A stretch of 37,808 bases of DNA. Source: an uncultured bacterium (GTDB lineage Bacteria; Bacteroidota; Bacteroidia; Bacteroidales; JACABE01). The first letter of the stretch is position 1. Each line of letters opens with the position of its first letter. Positions 1 through 9,314 of this stretch are shown here, piece after piece. The translations under genes were made by a program, and so were the position numbers. The stretch is taken from the NCBI GenBank assembly GCA_903911455.1, contig CAIWDQ010000633.1:1-37808 (forward strand), read 5' to 3'. The notes under the pieces were generated by a model. It had not been told where the DNA came from, ran no database searches, and saw nothing but the letters and a program-made list of their open reading frames with translations.

Positions 1-103
1 AAAATTTGATTACCCACTCTATCCGTTATAGAACCATTAATATTAACTATTTTGATTATCTGGAAATTTCTTAAAGTTTTAATTTAATCTGAATTAAAAA
101 ATT

Positions 104-140
104 AAAGCCCTGCATATTATTTAACATGCTGGGCTTTTTC
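104..140 (+). terminator. Terminator-like hairpin for a gene lying upstream of the window
   Basis: AAAGCCCTGCAT (104-115) pairs with ATGCTGGGCTTT (126-137) with one mismatch, followed by a T-run. Confidence 0.5.
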
Positions 141-288
141 TTCTCTTTTATATTTAAACCATGACTTCGGTTATAAATATAAAAATCATCACGAAAATAA
201 TAATTTTGTTTTATAATCTATGTAAAATGAAATATTGGTTGATTAATAATTTTTTTTACTTATTAACATGTTATTAACAAGGAATGAT

Positions 289-296
289 TATCTTTG
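289..296 (+). promoter_or_regulatory. Bacteroidota-type -7 promoter box (TAnnTTTG) for the C25 peptidase operon
   Basis: TATCTTTG lies 79 nt upstream of the ATG at 375 and matches the TAnnTTTG -7 consensus of Bacteroides-type primary-sigma promoters. Confidence 0.45.
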
Positions 297-374
297 CAAG
301 TAATTTTGTAAAGTGAATTGTTTATAACATAATTATACATTGAAAAGTACATAATAAAGCTAATACCATCAAGT

Positions 375-3300
375 ATGAATAAAACTAAACTTATTTTCGG
401 AGTCTTTTTAAGCATTTTTTATATCACTACTAATGCTCAAAATATTAAAACCGGAAGAACTACAACTTCAGTAAACGTTAAAGTGAATACTGATAAGAAA
501 CTTGTTGTAAGAAATACCTTATCGGGAATTAATACTCAAAAGATAAATACAGATAAAGGAAGTTTTATTCGTTTAGATGTAGATGGCTATACTCCTTCTG
601 AACAGATTGGAGAACCATTACTACCTGTTTCAAGAAATTTAATAGAAGTTCCATTAAAAGCTACTTATAAGATAAAAGTTAAAAGCTATAAAGTTCAAAT
701 TTATAATCTAAATGATTTGGGATATAATGGTAAATTAATACCAACTCAGCCTCCAGTTTCTAAAAGCGATCAAACAAAAAAGCCTCTTATTATAAATTCT
801 AAATCTTATGCTAAAAAAGGATATTTAAGTCACCCAATTGTTACCATTGATGATATTGGAATAATGAGAGGTGTAAGAATGGCAAGATTAAATATCTCTC
901 CAGTTCAATATAATCCATCAACTAATACAATTAAAGTCTATTCGGATATAGAAACAGAAATTGTATTTGAAAATGCTGATATAACTGCTACTAATGCTGA
1001 AAAAGAAAAATATTATTCACCAATATTTAATACATTTCAATCAAAATTATTAAACAATAAAACCCCGCTACAAACAAGAAGTGCAGAAATGAGATATCCT
1101 GTTAAATATGTTATTGTTTCTGCTCCTATGTTTAAGCAAACTTTAAAACCATTTGTACAATGGCAGACAAAAAGAGGTTTTAAAGTTGTAGAAGCTTACA
1201 CAGATAATGCTGCTGTTGGTACTACTACTACTAACATAAAAAGCTATCTTCAATCTTTATATCTGGGGGCTACTGAAAATGATCCTGCACCTTCTTATAT
1301 TTTATTTGTTGGCGATATTGCTCAAGTTCCATCTTTCGCAGGTACTACAGGAAGTCATCCAACAGATCTTTATTATGCAGAATATACCGGAGATTTTCTC
1401 CCTGAAGTATTTTATGGCAGGTTTTCAGCATCAACAACTACAGACTTAGCATCTCAAATAGAGAAAACGCTACAATATGAACGTTGTGAAATGCCTGATA
1501 AATCCTTTTTAAACGAAACCGTTTTGATTGCTGGTTCTGATCCTAACTATGGCCCATTAAATGGTAATGGTCAGATAAATTATATGGCAAGCACCTATTA
1601 TAATACTACCTCAGGTTTTGTTCCTCACATTTATTTGTATCCAACAAATTCATCTGCATCTTCGCAAATAATACAAAATGTTAGTACAGGTGTTGGTTTT
1701 GCAAATTATACAGCACATGGCAGTTCAAGTGGCTGGGCAGATCCTTCATTTCAGATTTCAGATGTTGCTTCTTTACAGAATTTAAACAAATATCCTTTAA
1801 TGATAGGTAATTGTTGCCTTACTAATAAGTTTGATGATCCGGTTTGTTTCGGGGAAGCTTTATTAAGAGCATATCATAAAGGAGCTATCGGCTATATTGG
1901 AGGTTCAAATAGTACCTATTGGGACGAAGATTATTATTGGGCTTGTGGTGTAAAAGCAGTTTCTGCAAATCCTGTTTATAATGCTGTTAATCTAGGTGCA
2001 ATTGACAGAATAATGCATACTCATAATGAAGCTTTTTCGCAATGGTATGTTACTCAAGGGCAAATGGTTCAAGCAGGTAATCTGGCTGTAACCATTGGTT
2101 CTCCAAATTCGTTTCATTATTATTGGGAAATTTACCATTTGATGGGCGATCCTTCGTTAATGCCTTATTTTAAAATACCTTTAGCTTTAACAGCAAGCTA
2201 TTCTCCTCTATTACCTTTAGGAAGTACATTATTTAATGTAACAACTGAGCCTTATGCTTATGTTGGAATATCCAGAGACAGTACTTTGTATGGTGCTGCT
2301 CTCGCTGATTCTTCAGGTAATGCCATTATAAATTTAGCACCTATAGTTAATCCTGGTTATGTAAGTGTTGTTGTTACAAAACAGAACAGACAAACTAAAA
2401 TTGACTCTGTTCTGGTTGCATCCCCTCAAGGTCCTTATATTATTTTAAACAATTCTCAATTAACTGATCAAAATGGTAATCATAATGGAGTAGCTGATTT
2501 CGGTGAATTGATTAAGTTAAATGTAAATTTGAAGAACGTTGGTAACTCTGGAGACACTGCTATTTATGCTGTTTTAACTTCTTTTGATCCTTATGTTATA
2601 ATTACTGATAGTATTAAAACATGGGGTATAATTTCTTCTCAAAATACTAAAACAGTTGATAGTGCTTTTGCATTTACTGTAAAATCTTTTGTCCCTGATC
2701 AGCATATTGCTAACTTTAATCTTGCAATACATGATCAGGCTGGGAATATTTGGAATTATAACCTAAATATATTATTAAATGCTCCTTTACTTCAGATATC
2801 ATACGTTTCATTAAATGACAATGCTTCCGGAAATCATAATGGAAGATTAGATCCGGGCGAAACAGTAAATGTTACTTTTAAAGTAAGTAATGTTGGTCAT
2901 AGTAATGCTGCTAATACCAATACTGTTTTAACATCAACTACAGGGTTTATTAATATTCTTAATCCTAACTCCAATTTAAATACAATTAATCAGGGGGCAA
3001 GTGCCAATGTTACTTATACTATAAGTGCAACAAATGTTGCTAATATTGGAGATTCATATAATCTTACTTTAAATGCAAACTCTAATTCTTATTTAAGTCA
3101 ATTAACTATTAATAATGGTGTGGGTTTAATAATGGAAGATTTCGAAACACATAATTTTACTAAATTTAGTTGGGATACTACTGATATTCATCCATGGATT
3201 ATTGCAACTGATACAGTTGTTGCTCCCGGATTATATAGTTCTAAGTCAGGCGTTATTACGGATAATCAAACTTCTTCTTTAAAGATTACTTTAGATGTTT

Positions 3301-3857
3301 TAACCAATGATAGTATTTCTTTTTATAGAAAAGTTTCGTGCGAACATGATCCAAGTGGAAGTGTAGATTATGATAATTTGCAATTCTTAATTGATGGAAC
3401 TATCGTTGATAAATGGGATGGTGAGACCAATTGGTCTAAAGTTACTTATCCTATTACTTCAGGAACTCATATTATTTCGTGGGTTTATAATAAAGATGTC
3501 AATACATCTAGTGGAAGTGATTGTGCCTGGCTGGATAATATTACATTCCCTGCTGTTCAGTCTTTAGTTAATGTGCCAAACTTTAATAATTTAGAAAAAG
3601 GTACAGATTTTACTATATATCCTAATCCTGCAAAAGATAATTTTAATCTTATGTATAGGATAAGTAAAGAAGCTTCTACTTCTTTTAAAATATTTAATAC
3701 AACCGGGCAATGTGTTTTTAATTATGATAAAGAACATCAGCTTGCCGGCATTTATTCAAAAGAAATTAATGTTTCGGGTTTAGATAAAGGAGTATACTAT
3801 TGTACAATGCTTCTAAACGATAAGATTATTACAAGAAAATTTGTTATCACAAAATAA
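375..3857 (+). CDS. Gingipain-like cysteine peptidase (family C25), T9SS-secreted, paralog 1
   Basis: 1160-aa ORF with signal peptide MNKTKLIFGVFLSIFYITTNAQ. The catalytic-dyad contexts are YTAHGSSSGW (His448) and IGNCCLTNKF (Cys480/481), at positions similar to pro-RgpB. It has two CARDB-like repeats (NG..D.GE...V...V.N.G) and a conserved Cys-containing module. The last ~80 aa (YPNPAKDNFNL...KGVYYC...VITK) form a T9SS C-terminal sorting domain. Confidence 0.9.
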   Translation: MNKTKLIFGVFLSIFYITTNAQNIKTGRTTTSVNVKVNTDKKLVVRNTLSGINTQKINTDKGSFIRLDVDGYTPSEQIGEPLLPVSRNLIEVPLKATYKIKVKSYKVQIYNLNDLGYNGKLIPTQPPVSKSDQTKKPLIINSKSYAKKGYLSHPIVTIDDIGIMRGVRMARLNISPVQYNPSTNTIKVYSDIETEIVFENADITATNAEKEKYYSPIFNTFQSKLLNNKTPLQTRSAEMRYPVKYVIVSAPMFKQTLKPFVQWQTKRGFKVVEAYTDNAAVGTTTTNIKSYLQSLYLGATENDPAPSYILFVGDIAQVPSFAGTTGSHPTDLYYAEYTGDFLPEVFYGRFSASTTTDLASQIEKTLQYERCEMPDKSFLNETVLIAGSDPNYGPLNGNGQINYMASTYYNTTSGFVPHIYLYPTNSSASSQIIQNVSTGVGFANYTAHGSSSGWADPSFQISDVASLQNLNKYPLMIGNCCLTNKFDDPVCFGEALLRAYHKGAIGYIGGSNSTYWDEDYYWACGVKAVSANPVYNAVNLGAIDRIMHTHNEAFSQWYVTQGQMVQAGNLAVTIGSPNSFHYYWEIYHLMGDPSLMPYFKIPLALTASYSPLLPLGSTLFNVTTEPYAYVGISRDSTLYGAALADSSGNAIINLAPIVNPGYVSVVVTKQNRQTKIDSVLVASPQGPYIILNNSQLTDQNGNHNGVADFGELIKLNVNLKNVGNSGDTAIYAVLTSFDPYVIITDSIKTWGIISSQNTKTVDSAFAFTVKSFVPDQHIANFNLAIHDQAGNIWNYNLNILLNAPLLQISYVSLNDNASGNHNGRLDPGETVNVTFKVSNVGHSNAANTNTVLTSTTGFINILNPNSNLNTINQGASANVTYTISATNVANIGDSYNLTLNANSNSYLSQLTINNGVGLIMEDFETHNFTKFSWDTTDIHPWIIATDTVVAPGLYSSKSGVITDNQTSSLKITLDVLTNDSISFYRKVSCEHDPSGSVDYDNLQFLIDGTIVDKWDGETNWSKVTYPITSGTHIISWVYNKDVNTSSGSDCAWLDNITFPAVQSLVNVPNFNNLEKGTDFTIYPNPAKDNFNLMYRISKEASTSFKIFNTTGQCVFNYDKEHQLAGIYSKEINVSGLDKGVYYCTMLLNDKIITRKFVITK

Positions 3858-3866
3858 ATAAACATA

Positions 3867-6800
3867 ATGAAAAGAACTATTCTGATTGTTTTTGCTCTTG
3901 TTTGCTTCGCAGGTTTAAGAGCCACTAACTGGGCAAGCATAAAATCTGCAACACCAGGCGCTGTTAATGTACAACTTGTTTCATCAGATATTGAAAGCAC
4001 TACTGTCCTTTTCTCTTTTGATGGCTTTTCTACTTCTGATATTACTACTAATGGTACAATATTTAAAAGTATATCATTAGGTGGAGGAGCTCAATTATTA
4101 AGGGCAGGTTGTCCGGATGTACTTAAACTTACATCTTCTATAATTATTCCTGATGATGCTGAAATGAAACTTGAAGTTATAAGCAGCTCTTATATTGATT
4201 ATCCAAATTATAATATTATCCCTTCAAAAGGTAATCTTACAAGAGACATTGACCCTGCCAGTATTCCTTATACTTTTGGTAAAGAATATACGAATAATAC
4301 TTTCTTTCCGGGTAAGCTTGCCGAACTACAACAACCTTATATTATAAGAGATTATCGTGGACAAACTGTCACTACTTATCCTTTTCAATATAATCCTGTT
4401 ACTAAAGTGCTGAGAGTTTATTATAATATGACAGTAAAAATTTCCCGCAAAGGGGATAATGGTATTAATAAACTTGTAAGAAGTAAAGCTCCTATTAGTA
4501 TTGATAATGATTTTAAGAATATATATGACCGTCATTTTATTAATAGTGGAACTTCTACTGCTAAGTATTCTCCTGTAGGCGAACAAGGGGGTATGCTGAT
4601 TATAAGTTATGGTCAGTTTCTATCTGCTGTACAACCATTGGCAGACTGGAGAAACATATCTGGTATTCCTACCAAATTAATTAGTATTGATAGTATAGGA
4701 AATACAACGACTGCTATCCAGAATTACATTAACAATTACTATAACCAAAAGGGACTTTCTTATGTTCTGCTTGTTGGAGATGCTCCTCAGATAACTACTT
4801 ATACTGTTGCAGGTGGAGGTTCGGATAATACTTATTCATACATTGTAGGTAATGATCATTATCCTGATATTTTTGTAGGTCGTTTATCTGCCGAAACTAT
4901 TACTCAGGTGCAAACTCAGGTACAAAAGATATTAACTTACGAAAAGAATCCTGTTATAGGTAATGGCTGGATAAATCATGGTATTGGTATAGCTTCTGAT
5001 CAGGGGCCCGGAGATAGTAATGAATACGATTATCAGCATATAAGAAATATCAGAAACAAACTTTTAAACTTCCATTATAAAGCAATGAGCGAGTTATATG
5101 ATGGTAGTCAAAATGGATTGGATGCTGCTGGAAATCCAACTGCTGCAATGGTGTCAACTGAAGTTAATAATGGTGCAGGGATTATTCATTATACAGGTCA
5201 TGGTAGTAATACTTCATGGGGAACCAGTGGTTTCTCAAATACCGAAATAGGTGCTTTAACCAATATTAATATGTGGCCTTTTGTTTGTTCGGTCGGATGT
5301 GTTAATGGTAATTTTGTAAGTACTACTTGTTTTGCTGAAGCATGGATGAGAGCTACCTATAATGGTCAGCCTACTGGTGCTATTGCCACATTAATGTCAA
5401 CTATTAATCAGAGTTGGAGTCCGCCTATGTTAGCTCAGGATGAGATGGTGAACATACTTATAGAAGGTTATCCTAATAATATCAAACATACTTTTGGTGG
5501 TGTTTCTATGAATGGTTGTATGAAGATGAATGATGTGTATGGAACTCAAGGTAACGATATGACTGATACCTGGAACATCTTTGGCGATCCTTCAATGACG
5601 TTGAGAACCGATACTCCCAGAGTTATAGTTGCTACTTATAACCCTTCTATTCCTATTGGTTCTACTCAATTTAATGTTAATTGCAGTGTAAATGGAGCTA
5701 TGGTTACTTTAAGTATAAATAACCAGCGTATAGGTTCGGGGCTTGTAAATAGTGGTATTGCTACTATTAATTTCGGTGCTTTAACTACTCTTGATACCAT
5801 TAAAGTTGTTGTTACAAAATACAATTACATTCCTTTTATAGGCAATCTGCAAGTGTTTGTTCCCAATGGTCCTTTTGTACAGTTTAATAATATGCAGATT
5901 GTAGATGTTGGTGGTAATAATAATGGTCTGGCTGATTTTAATGAGAATATAACTCTTAATGTTGGCTTAAAGAATCTGGGTACTGTTGCCGCCCATCTTG
6001 TTAATGCAACTTTAGCTACAGCTGATACAAGTATTATAATTACAGGCAATCAACATGCTTGGGGGCTTATTGCTAACGGTGTTAATTCTATTCAGAATAA
6101 TGCCTTTGCTATTACAATAAAGAATAATGTTGCCGATCAGTATGTAGTTCCTTTTACTTTAACTATTCATGACAGCCTTTCTAATAACTGGACTTCTCAG
6201 TTTAATCTTACTATAAATGCCCCTTCTTTAGCTATTGGGAATTTAACTCTAAAAGATACTGTTTCGGGCAATGCAAATGGTGTATTAGATCCTTCCGAAA
6301 CTGCTGTTATTTATATTCAGGCATTCAATATCGGACATAGTGCTTGCGCAAATGCTATTGGTACTTTATCAACAACAAATCCTAATATTACTATTGTAAG
6401 TTCTCCAACTGTTAATATTGGGAATATGGCTATTGGTAGTACTATTATTGTTGCTTATAAGATACAGGTTGCAGCAGGTACTACTCTTGGTAATATTGCC
6501 GACTTTACATTTAAAATTACTTCAGGTGCTTATCAGGCAACTAATACTTTTTATCAGTCTATTGGAGTAGTAAGAGAAGATTTTGAAACAGGCAACTTCA
6601 ATAAGTTCAACTGGACTCAGGGAGGCAATCAGCCGTGGGTGATTACTAGTGCTAGCGCTATTGAAGGTGTTTACTCTGCTAAATCAGGTCCTATTACTGA
6701 TAGCCAGACTTCGGAGTTGTCAATTACTTTGAATGTTCTTGTTGCTGATTCTATTTCTTTTTATAAAAAAGTATCATGCGAACAAGCTCCTAACAATGCT

Positions 6801-7280
6801 TTGAATTATGATTATCTTGAGTTTTTGATTGACAATGTATCTATGGATAAATGGGATGGAGAAGTTGCAATTTCAAGGAACGCTTACCCTATAACACAAG
6901 GGATACATACTCTTAAGTGGAGATATCTTAAAGATTATACCACTTCAGCAGGCAGTGATTGTGCCTGGTTGGATTATATTAAATTTCCTCCTGCTATATT
7001 TAATGTAGGTATTATAGAAGTGAGCAAAGATAATGTATTTAATGTGTATCCTAATCCTGTTACTGATAAATTAACTATTGTTTACAACTCTGACGAAGAT
7101 GTAACTATTGTTCTTATTAATACTTTAGGACAGCAATTAGTATCTAAGAATATTAAAAATAATTCAAGTTTACAGAAATCAGTAACTATTGATATGAACT
7201 CTTACGAGAAAGGTATTTATTTGATTCAATTCAAAACATTAAAACAAACGAGTTTTAAAAAGATTATTAAAGCTAACTAA
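3867..7280 (+). CDS. Gingipain-like cysteine peptidase (family C25), T9SS-secreted, paralog 2
   Basis: 1137-aa ORF starting 9 nt after paralog 1. Signal peptide MKRTILIVFALVCFAGLRA. HYTGHGSNTSWGTSGF (His445) and FVCSVGCVNGNF (Cys478) closely resemble the gingipain R active-site blocks. Downstream domain order matches paralog 1. The C-terminal YPNPVTDKLTIVY...KGIYLIQF... is a T9SS sorting domain. Confidence 0.92.
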   Translation: MKRTILIVFALVCFAGLRATNWASIKSATPGAVNVQLVSSDIESTTVLFSFDGFSTSDITTNGTIFKSISLGGGAQLLRAGCPDVLKLTSSIIIPDDAEMKLEVISSSYIDYPNYNIIPSKGNLTRDIDPASIPYTFGKEYTNNTFFPGKLAELQQPYIIRDYRGQTVTTYPFQYNPVTKVLRVYYNMTVKISRKGDNGINKLVRSKAPISIDNDFKNIYDRHFINSGTSTAKYSPVGEQGGMLIISYGQFLSAVQPLADWRNISGIPTKLISIDSIGNTTTAIQNYINNYYNQKGLSYVLLVGDAPQITTYTVAGGGSDNTYSYIVGNDHYPDIFVGRLSAETITQVQTQVQKILTYEKNPVIGNGWINHGIGIASDQGPGDSNEYDYQHIRNIRNKLLNFHYKAMSELYDGSQNGLDAAGNPTAAMVSTEVNNGAGIIHYTGHGSNTSWGTSGFSNTEIGALTNINMWPFVCSVGCVNGNFVSTTCFAEAWMRATYNGQPTGAIATLMSTINQSWSPPMLAQDEMVNILIEGYPNNIKHTFGGVSMNGCMKMNDVYGTQGNDMTDTWNIFGDPSMTLRTDTPRVIVATYNPSIPIGSTQFNVNCSVNGAMVTLSINNQRIGSGLVNSGIATINFGALTTLDTIKVVVTKYNYIPFIGNLQVFVPNGPFVQFNNMQIVDVGGNNNGLADFNENITLNVGLKNLGTVAAHLVNATLATADTSIIITGNQHAWGLIANGVNSIQNNAFAITIKNNVADQYVVPFTLTIHDSLSNNWTSQFNLTINAPSLAIGNLTLKDTVSGNANGVLDPSETAVIYIQAFNIGHSACANAIGTLSTTNPNITIVSSPTVNIGNMAIGSTIIVAYKIQVAAGTTLGNIADFTFKITSGAYQATNTFYQSIGVVREDFETGNFNKFNWTQGGNQPWVITSASAIEGVYSAKSGPITDSQTSELSITLNVLVADSISFYKKVSCEQAPNNALNYDYLEFLIDNVSMDKWDGEVAISRNAYPITQGIHTLKWRYLKDYTTSAGSDCAWLDYIKFPPAIFNVGIIEVSKDNVFNVYPNPVTDKLTIVYNSDEDVTIVLINTLGQQLVSKNIKNNSSLQKSVTIDMNSYEKGIYLIQFKTLKQTSFKKIIKAN

Positions 7281-7284
7281 AATA

Positions 7285-7320
7285 AAAAGGGGTTGATATG
7301 ATATCAACCCCTTTTTATTT
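7285..7320. terminator. Bidirectional rho-independent terminator
   Basis: Perfect 15-bp stem: AAAAGGGGTTGATAT (7285-7299) pairs with ATATCAACCCCTTTT (7301-7315). A-run and T-run flank it, and it lies between convergent genes. Confidence 0.85.
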
Positions 7321-7326
7321 TAATGA

Positions 7327-8901
7327 TTAATTCTTAATAATCTTCTTTGTTAATATCGTATTATTAATTTTGACTTGAATGATATATTCTCCCGCTGACT
7401 TGTTAGATATATCAATAACAACGTTCCTGTTATCTTTACTATCCTTATCATAAACCAGCTTTCCACTGATATCAAATATCTTTAAATTGATTTTACTTTT
7501 AATATCAGGCATCAGTAAATTGAAAATCCCTTGAGAAGGATTAGGGAATAATAATATGTTATTTATATTATATGTTTCCTGAATACCTGAATAGAATTTG
7601 CTATTCAAATCAATGGTCGTTGTCCAGTCATCAGGTGGAAGATCAGTCCAGATGCCTTCTAAAATATAACCAATAAAAGCATAATTAGCATCCTGTTTAA
7701 GCATAGCAATTATTGCTGATGTTTGAGCAGAAGGATTACTTTCGTTGCCACCAAAGTGAGCAATAAAAGTTTCGGTGATAGCAGGTTCAATAGCATAGGC
7801 TGTAGCAGAATCAACATAGTATGGTGGCGACATTAACATATAAATTATTTGAGGTGGCAATCCAGTTTGTAAAGCATGCAATGAATATTGCTGGAAAGTC
7901 ATTGTGCCAGTATTATAATTTATATTTGTAATGTGCTTTCCTGTAATTTGAAGCATTGTATCAGTTGTAAGAGTCATGATACGATAAGGATCAGGGTAGG
8001 TAATAGCTGAACCTGTTTCAACATCATAAATTGCATTGCCATATGAAGTCGTTTTCATTACAATATCCTGTGCATGAAAATGACCTGTAAACATTACTTT
8101 TAAACCTAGATTAGCCAGTTGTGTAGAAATAGTATCATAATCATCAATTACATATTCTGAAAATATAGTTGCTTGCCCCATATAGTGCTCCATCAGATTA
8201 TGATGCTGCATTCCCAAAACTACTTTCCCTGCTTGCCTTGCTTCTATCAGTCTATCTTTGCACCATTGTAATACATGTGGTTTGTAACCTCCACTTGTAA
8301 CAGGAGCTCCATTAACAAAATTAGAATCATAACGACATACATCTAATGATAATATTTGTAAGCCGGCTATAGGTTCGGCAATATAGGATAAAGAAGCTGT
8401 ATCTGTTTTCAAAGCTCCGTTATAACCATAATTATAATACATCGTCTTAAATTGAGCTGGTGTTGCTGTAGGAACAGAGGTGGTAGTGCTATTATTATAC
8501 GACAAAGCATCAGGATTATTAATATCATGGTTTCCATTAATAACAAAAACTTTGATACCTGCATTCTTTAACGAAAGAATAAAATTAAGTATCTTCTGAT
8601 GACATGTAATTTCGCCATCCTTAGTCATATCTCCAGGTATAAGAACTATATCTGGATGTATTAAAAGGAGCGAATCGAAGAGTGAAACCATAATTGCATT
8701 GCTTTCCTTTAATAATTTCCGGTCCTGAGCCAGATACATCTGAAATGCTGGACCATCATTGATCAATAAAGTGGTATCAAAGTAATGCAGATCCGAAATT
8801 ACACAGATCTTATAATTCTGCGTACCTACTTGCGAATATCCTTTTTGTATTCCTAAAAATGGAAGACTTAATAAAAGGATAAAAATGTAAAATTTTTTCA
8901 T
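7327..8901 (-). CDS. Calcineurin-like metallophosphoesterase with T9SS C-terminal sorting domain
   Basis: 524 aa with a signal peptide. Metallophosphoesterase motifs are SDLHY, GDMTKDG, GNHD and GHFH. The C-terminal LLFPNPSQGIFNLL...GEYIIQV...KKIIKN is a T9SS sorting domain. Confidence 0.85.
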   Translation of the reverse strand: MKKFYIFILLLSLPFLGIQKGYSQVGTQNYKICVISDLHYFDTTLLINDGPAFQMYLAQDRKLLKESNAIMVSLFDSLLLIHPDIVLIPGDMTKDGEITCHQKILNFILSLKNAGIKVFVINGNHDINNPDALSYNNSTTTSVPTATPAQFKTMYYNYGYNGALKTDTASLSYIAEPIAGLQILSLDVCRYDSNFVNGAPVTSGGYKPHVLQWCKDRLIEARQAGKVVLGMQHHNLMEHYMGQATIFSEYVIDDYDTISTQLANLGLKVMFTGHFHAQDIVMKTTSYGNAIYDVETGSAITYPDPYRIMTLTTDTMLQITGKHITNINYNTGTMTFQQYSLHALQTGLPPQIIYMLMSPPYYVDSATAYAIEPAITETFIAHFGGNESNPSAQTSAIIAMLKQDANYAFIGYILEGIWTDLPPDDWTTTIDLNSKFYSGIQETYNINNILLFPNPSQGIFNLLMPDIKSKINLKIFDISGKLVYDKDSKDNRNVVIDISNKSAGEYIIQVKINNTILTKKIIKN

Positions 8902-8993
8902 AAAGTTAATTTTAAATTGTGGGTTCTGATTTGTTTTTACTGACTATTCCTAAGTATACTAAGAACCCTTTAAGTATGCTTTGAAAATCGTTT

Positions 8994-9001
8994 CAAATAT
9001 A
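8994..9001 (-). promoter_or_regulatory. Candidate -7 box (TATATTTG on the minus strand) for the metallophosphoesterase gene
   Basis: The plus strand reads CAAATATA, about 93 nt upstream of the ATG at 8901. Confidence 0.3.
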
Positions 9002-9314
9002 CAACAATTTTTACTGGAAAGCAAATAAAAGTGTTAAAATATGCTTGACAATCAATATAGTTAATTCTATAAACCCCTTTAATACTGGAATAGGGTGTAT
9101 GTGCTGTTCCAAAAGAGTAGATTTATAAGTTCATTAGGTCTTGCTTAATAATGAAAGCTCCTTTTAAATAAGCCTTTTTAAATATTTAAAATATTTTTTA
9201 TTTTTTTAACAAATGATTATCCTTAATAAGCATACTTTAGCGAACATTAATCAATATATAATGTTTAAATTTAATCAAAATTATCTTTAATTATTCATTT
9301 AAAACAAAGGCGTT

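Noticed and set aside
375-3857. PorU (T9SS sortase), because of the C25-like fold and about 1160-aa size
   Set aside because: The His/Cys dyad sits at about residues 448/480, as in pro-gingipains with an N-terminal prodomain. The architecture duplicates that of the neighbouring bona fide gingipain-like gene, and no porV follows. Without an HMM search this rejection is not absolute.
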